Assembly: GCA_028023455.1 (NCBI GenBank) | Contig: JAQFVV010000006.1 | Location: forward strand, 11,904,001-11,968,000 | Source: Epiperipatus broadwayi | Taxonomy: Eukaryota > Animalia > Onychophora | Reading direction: 5' to 3' | DNA: 64,000 bases | Shown: positions 26,104 through 38,980 of the stretch, piece by piece | Layout of the letters: each line of letters starts with the position of its first letter | Numbering within the stretch: the stretch's first letter is position 1 | Position numbers and translations under genes: made by a program | Notes under the pieces: model-generated | What the model was told of the DNA's origin: nothing | What the model saw: only the letters and a program-made list of their open reading frames with translations | The model's database searches: none

Positions 26104-27123
26104 GGATATCTAATATAATAATCAATCTAAATAAAATTGAAATACACAACCAATTATATTTACAATTATTTAATTATCAACCCGATTTTCGTCTCTTATT
26201 GAGACCTTTTCAAGATAAAGTTTTATACATCACATGACCTATTAATTACATTTACTCCACTTATTGGACATTACTCTACCTTCAACAATACAATTAACAT
26301 TATACATATAAATATATTTTGTGTCATTTGTTTATATAATATTTAAATACTGTATATTGTCCATACTAAAGGGATTTGAACTCAGACTTTCAAACTCCTC
26401 ACAACAATCTAATTCATCTTATACAACTGATACACATGCCACATACATGTGAGAAAGATAAATAATATCCAATATACGTATTTTGTGCTGAACCAACACT
26501 CACCAGTTGGTATCACCATCTTCCACACATATATACAATCATATATATACACACATATATAATATCTATATACACAATCATTTATATACACACATATATA
26601 CAATAATATTGGCATCAACAAGAGCTTTGACATTTCATTCTTAGATTTTCAATGATATGGATGGCAGAAGAATTGAAGAGTGGAGACGATTGAAGCTTAT
26701 CCATAAAATTTGAAGATTTGTTATCTGAATATAAACCGAGCATGGATTATATATATGCACGGGAAATGGTGATGTGGACCACTGATAAGTGCTGATTCTG
26801 CATGAAATACATATATTGAAGATCATTTATCTTTCTCACATGTATGTGGTCATGTGTATCAGTTGGTATAAGATGGAGTGGATAGTTGTACAGAGCTTGA
26901 AAGTCTGAGTTCAAGTCCCTTATACTTACATTTATTTATGTGTACAATGTTAATTGTATTCCTGAAAGTAGAATAATGTCCAGTAGGTAAAGTAATTATA
27001 ATTGATAGGTCATGTGATGTATACCTTGAAAAGGTCATAATAAGAGATGAAAGCCAGATAAAATTGTAAATATAATTGTTTGTTCAATTTTATTTAGATT
27101 GATTATTATATTAAGTATATCTA
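26104..27123. mobile_element. ~1-kb imperfect palindrome: family 1 pair G/H plus inverted outer arms with a second hammerhead-like motif
   Basis: Family 1 minus copy at 26365-26530 and plus copy at 26600-26920. The outer segments 26104-26310 and 26930-27123 are also reverse complements. Confidence 0.85.
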
Positions 27124-27404
27124 TAACAACATTGGGCACAAATAATTTTTTATGTTGGATATTTGACTATTGTATATATATATCTAACTTTTCTAGAAGG
27201 AGGAAATAAGCTTGGAAAACTCTTCACACCTTCTGGTAATCTTGATCAGTACTGCATATTTTTTGATTCTTCTCCATGAGGAGCTGTTGGAGAGGTTTTT
27301 ATCATTAGGGGGATATTACTTTTTTTAGTTTATTTATGCCTGTTTTAAATTTTAGGAGATCAGTTGACTCTGACTGAAATCAATGTGTTAATTCTTTTAA
27401 TAGA

Positions 27405-27650
27405 TATTGGCTGTGAGTTGTGAAAGTCGTGATTTTTTGTAAGGTGTATGCCAACAGAGGACAAATGCGACTAACATTGCCACATGCGGTTCTTAATCAA
27501 GCTTCTTTTAATAGACATTGACCGAGAGTTCAAGTCATGTGTGGCTAGCTGACTGTGAATTGTGAAAGTCATGTGATTTTTTGTAACGTGTATGCCAACA
27601 GTGTGCAAATGTGGCTAGCAGAGCCACATGTGGCTCTTAATCAAGCTAAG
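27405..27650. repeat. Two-unit degenerate tandem repeat (~140-bp period)
   Basis: TGTGAAAGTC.TGATTTTTTGTAA.GTGTATGCCAACAG...CTTAATCAAGCT occurs twice. Confidence 0.8.
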
Positions 27651-27979
27651 TGCCATTGAAATCCGATTTTATTTTTATTATTTCAGAATTTCTTTTTAAT
27701 TGTACAAAAATTTGTAATATGAGAGAAATTTTCATTACTTATTTTATTACAAATTACATCATGTATGTATGCACATATTATTTTCAAATATATTAGCAAA
27801 CTGGATGATGAGATCTAGCTACTATTTGCTGACGGTATATGATGATGGTATATTAGATGTGATATTATGTTGGACTATTTCCATCATCTATCAGTAAATG
27901 TTGAATGTACTCGTTAAACCATGAAACATCACATAATCACCATTCTTTATGCTTACACGAGCTGTTTTTCACAGAGGCA

Positions 27980-28130
27980 ATCCATACAGTAGCGCAACTC
28001 AGTGCAAACTAGAAACTAATCTGGGGATATTGAATGAGTAGGCATTATGTAGGGATCTTATGCACAAACTTTCCTGCATTCATTGATTACTCTGGCTTGC
28101 ACTGAGTGGCGCTACTGTATGAAAAATTTT
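27980..28130. mobile_element. Hammerhead family 2 inverted pair
   Basis: CATACAGTAGCGCAACTCAGTGCAA ... TTGCACTGAGTGGCGCTACTGTATG, enclosing a plus copy that begins at GAAACTAATCTGGGGA. Confidence 0.8.
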
Positions 28131-29633
28131 GTCTGTCTGGCAAATCACTTGTTAGTAATAAAATACAAATAGACAACACAGGTTAGTAATTACACAATGA
28201 GTATTATTTTCTACACTTCTTCAGGTGTTGCTAATCTAAGGCAATATTCACATATGTAATCTAAGGCAAAACGCTCTAACCAACTGAAATATCCTGTCAA
28301 CAGATAGTAGAAATTTCATATGTTTATATATGAGGGTTGATTCAAATCCTCATGAATCCTTCAAAGTTTTTCTTCTTCTTCAAGAGCAAGGCTAATTAGA
28401 GTCTGTTTTTTTTTAAAAAAATTTTTTTTCTAAGAGTAAGGTTAATTAGAGGCTTCCATACATTGAATAAGAGTGGAGAATACTACTACCCGAAAACCTG
28501 TGTTGTCTATTTATATGCTATTATTAATATGTTAATTATTCTGTAATTCAAGGGGGAAATGATTTGAGAAGAAAGACAAAAGAGGCCTGCTTTATCGCAA
28601 TAGACAGCAACGTCATTAACAGAAAGGAAACGTGTTATTCTGTTTCCAGGAAATGGAATATTTGAACTTTGCATAGATTTGCATAACATTAGACAATCAG
28701 TTACTTCACAAAGAGCTATGGTTATGAGAACCATGACTCTCAAAAGTGCTCAGTCTATGGTTTAATAAGATATTAAATAGTAGCTTTGTGTTCATGAGTT
28801 TATAGCGCTAGTATTGAATTACATAATATTTACCAAATACGCAAAGTTTAAAATTAAGTTCGTATTATAACATGTTAATAATTGTATTTGAAAAAGTTTA
28901 AATATGAATAAAATTTTTCTATATATTCAACATTTACTGATAGATGATGGAAACCAACATATTATCACATCTAATCTTATAAAAATTACTACATGTGCTT
29001 AATGAGTGATCACGTGTATATTTACGATTTGTGCAATTTTTTGGTTGTATGTTTTAGTTATAGTTTTTCCTATCAACTAAATGTCCTATTTCATATTTTT
29101 TCAAAAACTCTGGTACATAGATTGCTTTTTAAAGTAATTTAAATTTATAATGTGCAATTTTTCCACCGCACCAGAGCAAGCTTTCTAAGGCAATTACTTT
29201 AATTGTTTATAATTAAAGCACTTAGAGTTTCATGGAAAGCATTTTTTGATTTTGTTTATGTTGTTTCTATTTTTGGAGGTAAATAGTAATAAAATAATTA
29301 AGAATTATTAGAAAAATATCAACCAAAAATAAATATAGTCCAAAATTGCTTTTAGTTATTCTAAACTGTTTTTATTCTTATTTTATTTAAAAAAAAACTC
29401 TGTTTCTTCGCCATTCTTTTAAAACAAGAATTAATATTTAGACATTACTATTCTAATTAATTATTTATTTATGTATTTTGTAAATATTTGAAATCCAGGC
29501 ACTCTTCACATACCTAGAGCCCAATTGTAAATAGAGGGGATTTGAACTCAGACTTTCAAGCACCCTTCAACTATCCACTCTATCTCATACCACTGATATA
29601 CATGACCACACATGTAGAAAAAATAAATAATCA

Positions 29634-29675
29634 CCAATATACGTATTTCATGCTGAACCAGCACTCATCAGTTGG
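29634..29675 (-). ncRNA. Minimal type I hammerhead ribozyme, copy I (core intact)
   Basis: CCAA-CUGAUGA-GUGCU-gguuc-AGCAU-GAAA-UACGUA-UA-UUGG. All core nucleotides are present; G-U closes stem II; palindrome AUACGUAU. Confidence 0.88.
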
Positions 29676-30080
29676 CCCAGAGTGTCATCTCCCATATATA
29701 TATATATATATAATCAGCGCTTAGTTTATATTAGGATAGCAAGCCTTCATATTTTAACGGACAGGCTTTACTCTATTCCAAACTCCAACTCTTCAGCCAT
29801 CCATATCAGTGAAATCTGATGGAAAGCTCAAATCCATGCTGATGCCAATATTATTGCCATGCCCATATTGACCTCAAATCACTCTGAACTCTCATATATA
29901 GGACCTTATTCATTTAAATACATAGAAGGGGGATGAGCAGGATGCAGGCTTAATGTGTAAATATTTGAAATACAGACATTTTTCACATACCTAGAGCCCA
30001 ATTGTAAATATAGGGATTTGAACTCAGACTTTCGCTATCTTAAAACTGAGCACTGATTATATATATATGTGGGAGATAAT

Positions 30081-30138
30081 AATCTGGACCAACTGATGAG
30101 TGCTGGTTTAGCATGAAATATGTATATTGGTGATTATT
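30081..30138 (+). ncRNA. Minimal type I hammerhead ribozyme, copy K (core intact)
   Basis: AAUAAUC-ugg-ACCAA-CUGAUGA-GUGCU-gguuu-AGCAU-GAAA-UAUGUA-UA-UUGGU-GAUUAUU, with an extended bulged stem I. Confidence 0.85.
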
Positions 30139-30281
30139 TATCTTTTCTACATGTGTGTGGTCATGTATATCAGTGGTATGAGATAAGAGTGCTTGAAAGT
30201 CTGAGTTCAAATCCTCTATATTTTTGTATTTTGTTTAAATTTCAGACTTTGGACATAAATTTACTTAAAGTTTTTGCTAAT

Positions 30282-31976
30282 ATGACTTCGGAAAACATCA
30301 AAAAATGATAATACGCACAAGAAAATAGAAGCGTTCAGAACGAAAAATTTCTTTTATTGACAAATGAAAAGTTGTTGCGTCTTATTTGTAAAGTTGCAAT
30401 TGCAAACTATAAAGTTAAAAATAAGCCATCCCCACTTTTCAATTCAATATCCACTCAATTCAAAATTGTGAACAGAGAAACTTAAATTATTATAATCAAG
30501 TCTTCATAAGCAACACCGACTCTTGTCCACTTTTAGTCGAGAAGCTAGTTTTGTTGGTGGCTTGGAATATTGCTCGAGCCCAATGCCCATATAGAGAAAG
30601 ATAATTTATTAAAAGAAATTTGGAAGCAGTAGTTAAAGTTTGGGATCCAGGTAATACAAATCTGCATAAATTGATCCCACAAGTCCCCTGGGTCATGCTG
30701 TACCACTGAGCATCTTGCTAATGAAATTAGTAAAAACGTTGAAAATAGTTTGAGGTGTAATGTGAAAAATTGTACAGCATTATGAGTTTACAGACACGCA
30801 GGATGTTCCACAATTGGCTCATTTTGTGGGCTATGTATCTACAGATGCACATATAGAGGAAGAAATGTTAGACCTACTAGCTCTTACTGAAACAACTCAC
30901 AATATCGATATCAAAAAATGCATTTGTTGAGATAATGAACAGGTTTAAATAGTCTTATGATAAACTTTTAAGTGTTGCAATTGAAGAGCTCTTATAATGA
31001 TAGGGGGAAATGTAGGTCTTATTGGATTTTTAAACAATGATCCTAAAATTCCACTTTGTCTCTTTTCACTCCATAATTCAATATGACATCTCATAGGGAA
31101 ATACTTAAAATACAAAAATGTGTGGAAAATTGTTTTGCAGATTGTGAATTTAATTAGAACAAATACCAAAAGCAGTCAATTTAAGAATTTTTTAGAAGAA
31201 TTAAATGACAAAACAGATGAATTGTCCAGTGGACTCTCCATTTGGTCTGTTATAAGATGGCTGTCAACTTACAATGTTTTGAGCAGTTTTGTGTAACTCC
31301 TAAATCTTATAACATTTTTAAAAGAAAACAAATACACAAAATTAGTAAATGAAACTTGGCTTTCTGACTTAATGTTCCTTATAGACATTATGGAACATTT
31401 GGAAACAATTAATTTGGCTCTACAAGAAAAAGGAAAAATGATTAGTGATTTTTGAAGCTAACCTTTAGCTTTTTGCGCATGATCTTAAGTCCAGAATATT
31501 TAATCATTTTCCACGAGTAAAGACAAATATAATTAGTATCAAAAAAGAAAAATGAGACGAATATAAAGAATAATTGGAAGGATTGCAAGAGGATTTCAAA
31601 TGTAGGTTTGATGATTTTAAAAGTTTTAAATCTTCATTTGCAAATTTTGTGTATTATTGAAGATGGATTTCCAATTTCTGAAATAATACTTCTTGAAAAA
31701 GTGATTGGGAAATTGGAGTTATTAAATATAAAAGAGGATCAGGCATTGCATATTCGTCACAAATCTTGTTTTCTAATTAAATTTTGAAAACTCATGCCAG
31801 AATCAAAATATTCACACTTTTGGTACACATATTGCTGTAAACTGTACTCCACAATGAAATTTGTGAAGTCCAAATACTCTTCACAGTTGAACAATCAGCA
31901 TCTCCCTAAATTGATGTGAAGATCTTTCACAAATTATATGCCAAATTTCAAAGATCTGATCCCAAGGTCTTCATTA
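30282..31976 (+). pseudogene. hAT (SPIN/Charlie, GTF2IRD2-like) transposase remnant
   Basis: Fragments ENRSVQNE, LVAWNIARAQCPY, DVPQLAHFVGYV, IRWLSTYNVL and WLSDLMFLIDIMEHLETINLALQEKG appear in canonical order with many stops and frameshifts. Confidence 0.9.
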
Positions 31977-32849
31977 AATGTTATACTGTTAATTAATGAT
32001 TTTCTATTATTGCATTTTATTTTTATCATTAAAATTTTGAAATAATTATTTTGTATTTTATATCTTTCTCTTAATTATATTTTCTTATATACTTTATACA
32101 ATACTTAAAACCTGTGTAGAATATGTCATCACATTAATTAAATTAAATAAAATTGACTATATGTATTTATTTTTGTGTACCTAAATAATAACATGGCAAG
32201 ACTCTTTATAATATGTAAAAACCCAGAATGCAGTTCTCATTTACCTCATGTGTGTCTATTTCTGATATATACCATTTTGCCAAAGAGTATAAGAAGACTA
32301 TAGTTAGCCTAAAGTTTGAGGTCATTAAAACACATAGTTTCTGATCTAGTACCAATATACATAACTGTACAAGCTAGTCAATTTCGATTCAAAACTTTAA
32401 GATGCTTAAATCTCATGCCATTGAGTTAGGTGCTTTAAAAAATATAAAAGATGACTACTACATGTATTCACTGATAAAGATCAGAAATCAAAGATTTAGA
32501 TATATCGCCCCCATCTAATATTCATCAATCAACAGATAACTTTAAAGTAAATTAATAAACTTGTAATGTAAGAATACTATAAAAGATTTTACAATTGAAT
32601 CAGTGCATGAAAAATACTATAACGGAATGTGAGGTTTATATGCTCAGAGAAAAATATTCCTTATATGTATCAGGTTTTTGTATCATTCCTTATATGCATC
32701 CATGTTTTTGTAACACTTTGGCTTTCCAACATGTAATCAATTATACAACAAATTCTTACATTACATAACAGTATCATTTTCAGATACTTAAAATTTGCCC
32801 ATACTTAAACATTTGGGTTGAAAGAATAGGTGGATTTATTCTATTCTTT

Positions 32850-32945
32850 CACAAAGACTTTATCTTGTATTTGGGAAATGAGAGTATTCATTTATTGTTA
32901 AAATCCACAAAGCACATGTGCATTAGCTTAATGCTGATTATTAGT
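32850..32945 (+). repeat. PLE 3'-end family 5 fragment
   Basis: AAAGACTTTATCTTGTATTTGGG...AGTATTCATTTATTGTTAAAATCCACAAAGCACATGTGCATTAGCTT. Confidence 0.7.
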
Positions 32946-33709
32946 TTATAACAGTATCATGGAATGAACCTGAAAACCCAAAATAAATTAACAGAGGAAA
33001 TAAAATCAAGTCATACACCATGTGACTTAATTTGATAGGTTTATAATTATAAACTAAAATAAAGAGCATGCTAATAGCTCTAATAAGCTTTATCGATAAA
33101 TGCCACAAGAAAAAGCATTTAAAATTTGAAACTGGTCTGAGGATGGGGATAATTTTGCGATAGAGATTTTAAATGCTTTCTCTTGCAGAATTTATCGATA
33201 AAGCTTGTTAGAACTATTAGCATGGTCTTTATTTTAATTAACAGAGAAAATGTAAAATTTATGGACTGCAGGTAAAAAAAGATAAGTAAAAGTAACGTGG
33301 AATAAAAGAGAAAAAAAAAAAAAAAATCAAAAAAAGATAAAGAAAATAATTCCATATATTATAAGATTATTTGGGCGTGCAATGCGAATCTGAAAGCATA
33401 AATACATCAAGACTCAATCTAATCCCATTGGTTTAAATAGTTTGCGACAATTGATTTCTGGTGACTGGTGGATATGATAAAAAAAGTAGAGATTGAACGA
33501 AAGAAAACCCAAGAATGGTTAGTTTAATTATAAATGTTAGTAATTATTAGGAATTAAGAAGATGGTAGTTTTCATTTAATATTTTCTCACTACAATGGAG
33601 TCATAATATATGGTATAACTTATTCTAAGGGCTGCTTATGTAGAATGGGCTGCTTATGTAGAATACTATTATATATTTACTTAATCTATGCTTTGATTTT
33701 CAATTAATT

Positions 33710-34080
33710 ATGTACAAATGCACTAAGAAAAGCACTGACTACTCTTCTCTCTTTCTAAACCATGAGCTGATATCTGACCATTGCTTTGATCTTTCCACAG
33801 TCGATGTTATTCTTTCAGAGTGTGATGATAGAAAAAGAAAGATTAAGGAGGTTTTATCAATCATCAGGAATGCCAACACTATCAATAAAAAGGAATCCAG
33901 AACCCACTCCCTAAGAAAGGGTGCCCAGAGCCTCTTCCTTCTTATTAACATGTAAATTTTCTTAGTATTTATTCATTTTGATCCTCTTTATATTTCTATT
34001 CAATCACAATTTCTCCCTTTCTTTATTCTGCTAAAATTATGATACATGGTTGTATTGAAAGTACTTAGAGTCAATAAAGC
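33710..34080 (+). pseudogene. Penelope-like GIY-YIG C-terminus plus 3' UTR
   Basis: SLFLNHELISDHCFDLSTVDVILSECDDRKRKIKEVLSIIRNANTINKKE matches the PLE endonuclease end (H..H.FD....IL..E....RKIKEAL.I....N). A degenerate hammerhead-like ATGATACATGGTTGTATTGAAAGTACTT lies at ~34039-34066. Confidence 0.75.
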
Positions 34081-34879
34081 TTTCTTTTCTGAGTGGTAAC
34101 TTGTTTTGTTGTTGAATGTTGTAACATTTACCTTTCATTATTAATATATGTATGGTGTATTCACATTAAAAATATGATCTGTTATAACTCGCCAATACCT
34201 TAATATTCTTTGCAAACTTAAAGGTTGGCAGTAAAAATGAAGCTATTGGGAACACTCTGGAATTTGAGGGCTCAAACATAAACATAGAAGAAATTAAATT
34301 TCATTAGACTTTGTAAATTAATAAATTATGTCTATATTTGGTACTGATTACTATGTTTAAACAAAAGGCCTCATGTTATAGGGGCTGAACATCTACTGGC
34401 TAGTGAAATTTGGAACTTTCAGGTTACAAAGGATTTTTTTAAACATTTCTCCTATATACAACCACCTATCTCTCTTATTGATCAGTAATTGGGTATCTGT
34501 CTAGTCTTAGCAAAAGAGTAAGATAAAATGGAAAATTGTAAACACCTACCATCCAGAAAATGGCAATGCTAGTGAATAATGACATTTGCCTGCTGGAGAG
34601 ATCTTTATCCTTGCAGTCACTATCTAAAGATAATAGATATTTTAAGTATGACATGGGGGGGGGGCAATGAAAATGAATTTTCTAAATATGACTGTTAGAA
34701 AGTGATTAACATTTTCATTATTTACTATACTTGATATTTAACCCAGTGGAGGATGATGGGCTTTGTATTGAGACTCAATTGGTCATTTCTGGCATTCAAA
34801 CATCACATGACCTCCTAATCAATTTAATCATTCAATTAACCTGTTCATTCAGTATACTGAATGTTTACTATAGTAAATA

Positions 34880-35465
34880 AAGGAATTTGAACTGAGGGTT
34901 TTATAAGTCAATATTCATCCTCCATCCCAAACAATCGATTTAACATGCCTACACACATGTGAAAACAATAAATGATTCCCAATGTACATATTTTGTGCAG
35001 AATTAGCACTTATCAGTTGGCCAGATCATAATTGTCCACACATATATACAATCAGTGCTTGCATTATATTAAGATAGCAATTCCTTAAATGGGGACATAA
35101 TAGTCTGATGTGAGAATTGATTGCCGTATTGTCTACATGAGTATAAATACAATATCAAATCCACCAAGGACTTTGAGCATTCCATCATTGGTTTTCAATA
35201 AAATGGATAGTTGAATTGTTGAAAAGGTGAAAAGATTAAAACCTGTTCATTAAAGTTTAAGGAATTGCTATCTTAATATAAGATGAGCACTGAGGGCATA
35301 TATGCATGGGAGATTATGATCTGGCCCAACTAATGAGTGCTGATTCTGCACAAAATATATGTATTGGGGATCATTTATCTTTTTCACATGTGTGAGGTGT
35401 GTGTATGACTGTTTGAGATGAAATGGAGGATGAATATAAACAAAATTCTAAGATCAAACCCCTCT
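34880..35465. mobile_element. Hammerhead family 1 inverted pair L/M (CCCAA/UUGGG subfamily)
   Basis: Minus copy 34880-35080 and plus copy 35130-35465 share the subfamily marker GCAATTCCTTAAA. Confidence 0.88.
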
Positions 35466-35539
35466 AGTAATCATTCACTTATTTTTTAATTAATTGCTAC
35501 AAATAGTGACTGCAATACCATATGAACTATGAATAATAG

Positions 35540-36125
35540 ATCATCATCATCAATCATTATCAATCCACTGCAGGATGAAGGTCTCTTCAAGTTCAATTCA
35601 TCTCCGATTTTTAGCTTCTCTTTTCCACATCACCCCTGCACACTTTCTTATTTCATCCATCCATCTCACACGTGGTCTCTTTCTGGGTCTTTTACAATCT
35701 CTTAAAATCCAGTTTAAGATTTCAATTGTCCATCTATTATCTTTTCTAGCAATATGTTCACTCCAACTCCATTTTAGTCTTTTAATTTTTCAATGAGGTC
35801 AGTAACACCTGTTTGTTCTCTTACCAATATATTGCGTTTTCGATCTCTTCTTGTTACTCCCAACATGCATCTCTCCATACTTCTTTGAGTGGTCTGAAGT
35901 CTCTGTATTGCTCTTCTATTAAGTATCCAAGTCTCAGATCCATAAGTAAGAACTGGTAAAACACATTTATTAAAAACCTTCCTTTTCAAACGTATAGGCA
36001 TATTTCCTTTTAGTATCAAGTTCTTTCTACCAATAGCATTACAACCAAGTTTAATTCTATGATTAATTTCATTCATTATATTTCCATCTGTATTAATAAT
36101 CTGACCAAGGTATTTGTAACTTACT
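35540..36125 (-). mobile_element. 5'-truncated RTE-clade LINE
   Basis: YKYLGQII, RIKLGCNAIG, PVLTYGSETW, QRSMERCMLGVTRRDR; (TGA)n tail; same family as the 16.6-kb copy. Confidence 0.95.
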
Positions 36126-38902
36126 ATAATCAGACGTTTTTTCAATGATCAACATTTTTCACTGCCAACTATCAAGTTGATACTTCGTATGGTTCGTTCA
36201 GTTGTAGATTGATAAATCCTAGAGATCAAAGCCTATGGGCTGTGATTCTGCTAGAACATTTTACGAACAATCGACAACAATCGACGATGATCAAATTTTA
36301 GCTTTCGGTTGTAGTACCTAATCTATCATGGGGGGGGGGGGAGATGAAAACAGATCATTATTGCAGGATGACAATATGACCATTTGTTAAAGAGCATAGG
36401 TAAATATAATAATTTCATTGTCAAATGTAGATCTGATTCAATGGCAGACATATATACTCACGTAGTGACACTAAATTATTTATGAAATATAAACGCTGTT
36501 TATTTCTCTTAAAATAAATTGTTACTCTGACTGGTTTGGGAAAAGGTAGAATGGCTGATTCTGGTCTACGGATTGCCGGCCAGCTATATCATTTCCGTTA
36601 CTTCTTATGAATTCCCAAAGCAATAGTTTCTACTCGATTATTTTTTAATTAAACTGATTACAATATTGCATTTCAGTTCTAAATATATAAAATGGTTTAA
36701 CCATTGCATTTTTATCAAAGAAATGAGTTTTAAGCTAGGATACGTTCTATTATCGTCAGATTTTTATATTCATTTAAAAGAGCTTTACTATTTAGTTTCC
36801 AAAAAGAAAAGCTAACTCAGGCAGAAAATATGGTAATGTTGAAAGTTATATCGCAAAAAAAAAAAAAAAAAAGGAATTATTTTATATATTTTACTTTTAT
36901 CTATGTAACTTCTTTATAAATATTTTATTTTTAGTTCTTTTTTTTTTGCTTATGTTCCGTTACACAAAAAGAACCCCCAAAAATTAAATTACAAATCTGT
37001 CCATCCGTCTTTCTATCCATCCATTCATCTATATTTTTGGTTTTTATCATTGGGAACAAATGAAATACAGCTTCAGCAGATTTATAATATAACTATATGA
37101 GAAGAGGCGGAAAGTAATATTAAAACAGCCGATAGGGTGATTTTAATTTTGATGTTTATTAAAAGAAGAATTTAAAAATAAGAGATAAATTTGATAACTT
37201 TATGTAAAAAGATAATTCATCATTAAATTTGTCAAGATATATGTATATTTTAAATAAAATATATTAGAAATCAAGTTCGCTAGATAGAGACGATTACAAA
37301 CCAGTTATTAATAACTGAAATGCAGGCTTATTATATACCTGTATCAATATATATATATATATTGTAACCGATCGCTTGCCCTCAAACTACCTATCATGCC
37401 GAACACGTTGCGGCACTCAAAATTGTAACCGTAAATTGTGTGGTCCCAACTACGTAACGTAAGTGCGCTAAGAATCTTAACTTCGATCACTGATCAATTT
37501 CCACTGCACATTATCAGCTATTAAGAGCTGTATCCAAAAGCATATCATGCTATCTATTTTATGCACCAAAGACCACAACCAACATCTGGAGCAACTTACC
37601 ACAGACCAAACTAATGATCTAACATAAACTTTTATGATTTAATTTAATCGCAGCCAGGGTGTACCGCGAAGAACTATCATAGTAGTATGATAAAATACAT
37701 TAAACAAATTATAAGTGCAATGTTATTATTTTTCAAACCTTAATTTGCGATTTTTATTGTATGAGACCCGATGGCCGACCATGTACAAGATGGCATAATT
37801 TGTGGAACTACATAAGATTATGAAATTTTAAACCATCTATATGATTTCTAATACAAATGCTAGTCCAGGTAAAGCTTTGCAATAAATAAACATAAATACT
37901 TGGGTTCTTTTTTTATAGTTTACTATATTACTGAGACTCTTATTATACTGACAAATGACAATTTAAAAACGTTAAGTAAATATATTCAATCATGTCATTA
38001 TTTGGTAAATCTGTTTACAAGTTTAATAATTAATTTGTATTGTATACTAGAATCAACTACGCAAAGCCAAAATGATGGAAAAGGTAAATGGGATTTTATT
38101 GTACCTTACACATCATAAACTACCAAAGACGAAAAGCATCTAAATGTTTTCTCAAAAATATCAATAAACTCTTATATCATGTTGACGATAGTATGTACTT
38201 CAATGTATGCTCTATCCAAGGTTTATGATTTCTGATTTTACGAATGACACATAGCAACGGCACAGTAAGTTTAATTATAAATCAACGTTTATTTACAAAT
38301 TTATGAATAATAAGTAATTAATTCCAATGTTATAATTAAAGACATAAATAAACAAATAAAATAAATAAATTATAATTCCATCGACTTTCTTCAATAACAT
38401 CTCATAGGTACAGTTTTTAAAAACCTAATCATACCTTATATTTCAATTTGATATAATGAATGTATTGAGAAAATTATACTAAATTCAGCATCAACTCATG
38501 AAATATTTAACGTCATTTCCAGATTCAATAAATCCATACCGTAAACTTATAATAATATAATAAATAATATTATATCTGTAGGATTTAGCTATAATGCAAT
38601 CATTAAATAAAGTGAAAATTTAAACTTACATTCCGGTAAATAATAATCAACCAACAGTTAATTATTATGAAGTAACTTGAATAGAATGTCCTGCTACAAT
38701 TTGATGATCTAACTTATAAATTATACTTACAAATGAAAGAAGATGATTTAGCAGATTAACTAAAATACTTTGCCCAACTTATATCTATGAAGTAAAACAT
38801 ATTCCTGTGGATGCATTCATCTACACGTAGGAATTAAATAACACTAAACGTTTTGTGGATTTATACACCATCATAAAGCAATAAGTACAAGTACACCATT
38901 CC

Positions 38903-38980
38903 GCGGATTAACCACCAGCGCAGGAATGAGTGTAAAATACAAAAAATGGCAATTAAGTAATCTGCGGATTAACCACCAGC
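38903..38980. repeat. Exact 17-bp direct repeat GCGGATTAACCACCAGC (61-bp offset)
   Basis: Copies at 38903-38919 and 38964-38980 with otherwise dissimilar context. Confidence 0.9.

Larger units (their letters stand above)
29480..30218. mobile_element. Hammerhead family 1 type locus: full minus monomer I, 477-bp partial tandem, and inverted plus copy K
   Basis: CACATACCTAGAGCCCAATTGTAAAT..GGGATTTGAACTCAGACTTTC recurs at an offset of 477. Plus copy at 30036-30218. Confidence 0.92.

Noticed and set aside
28676-28690. Octamer ATTTGCAT motif
   Set aside because: A single 8-mer in AT-rich DNA is expected by chance and has no supporting context.
37590-37690. Candidate first coding exon of the LHFPL-like gene ending at a GTAAGT donor (…VRSLVWSV)
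   Set aside because: The in-frame ATG is separated from this stretch by a TAA stop, so there is no valid start.
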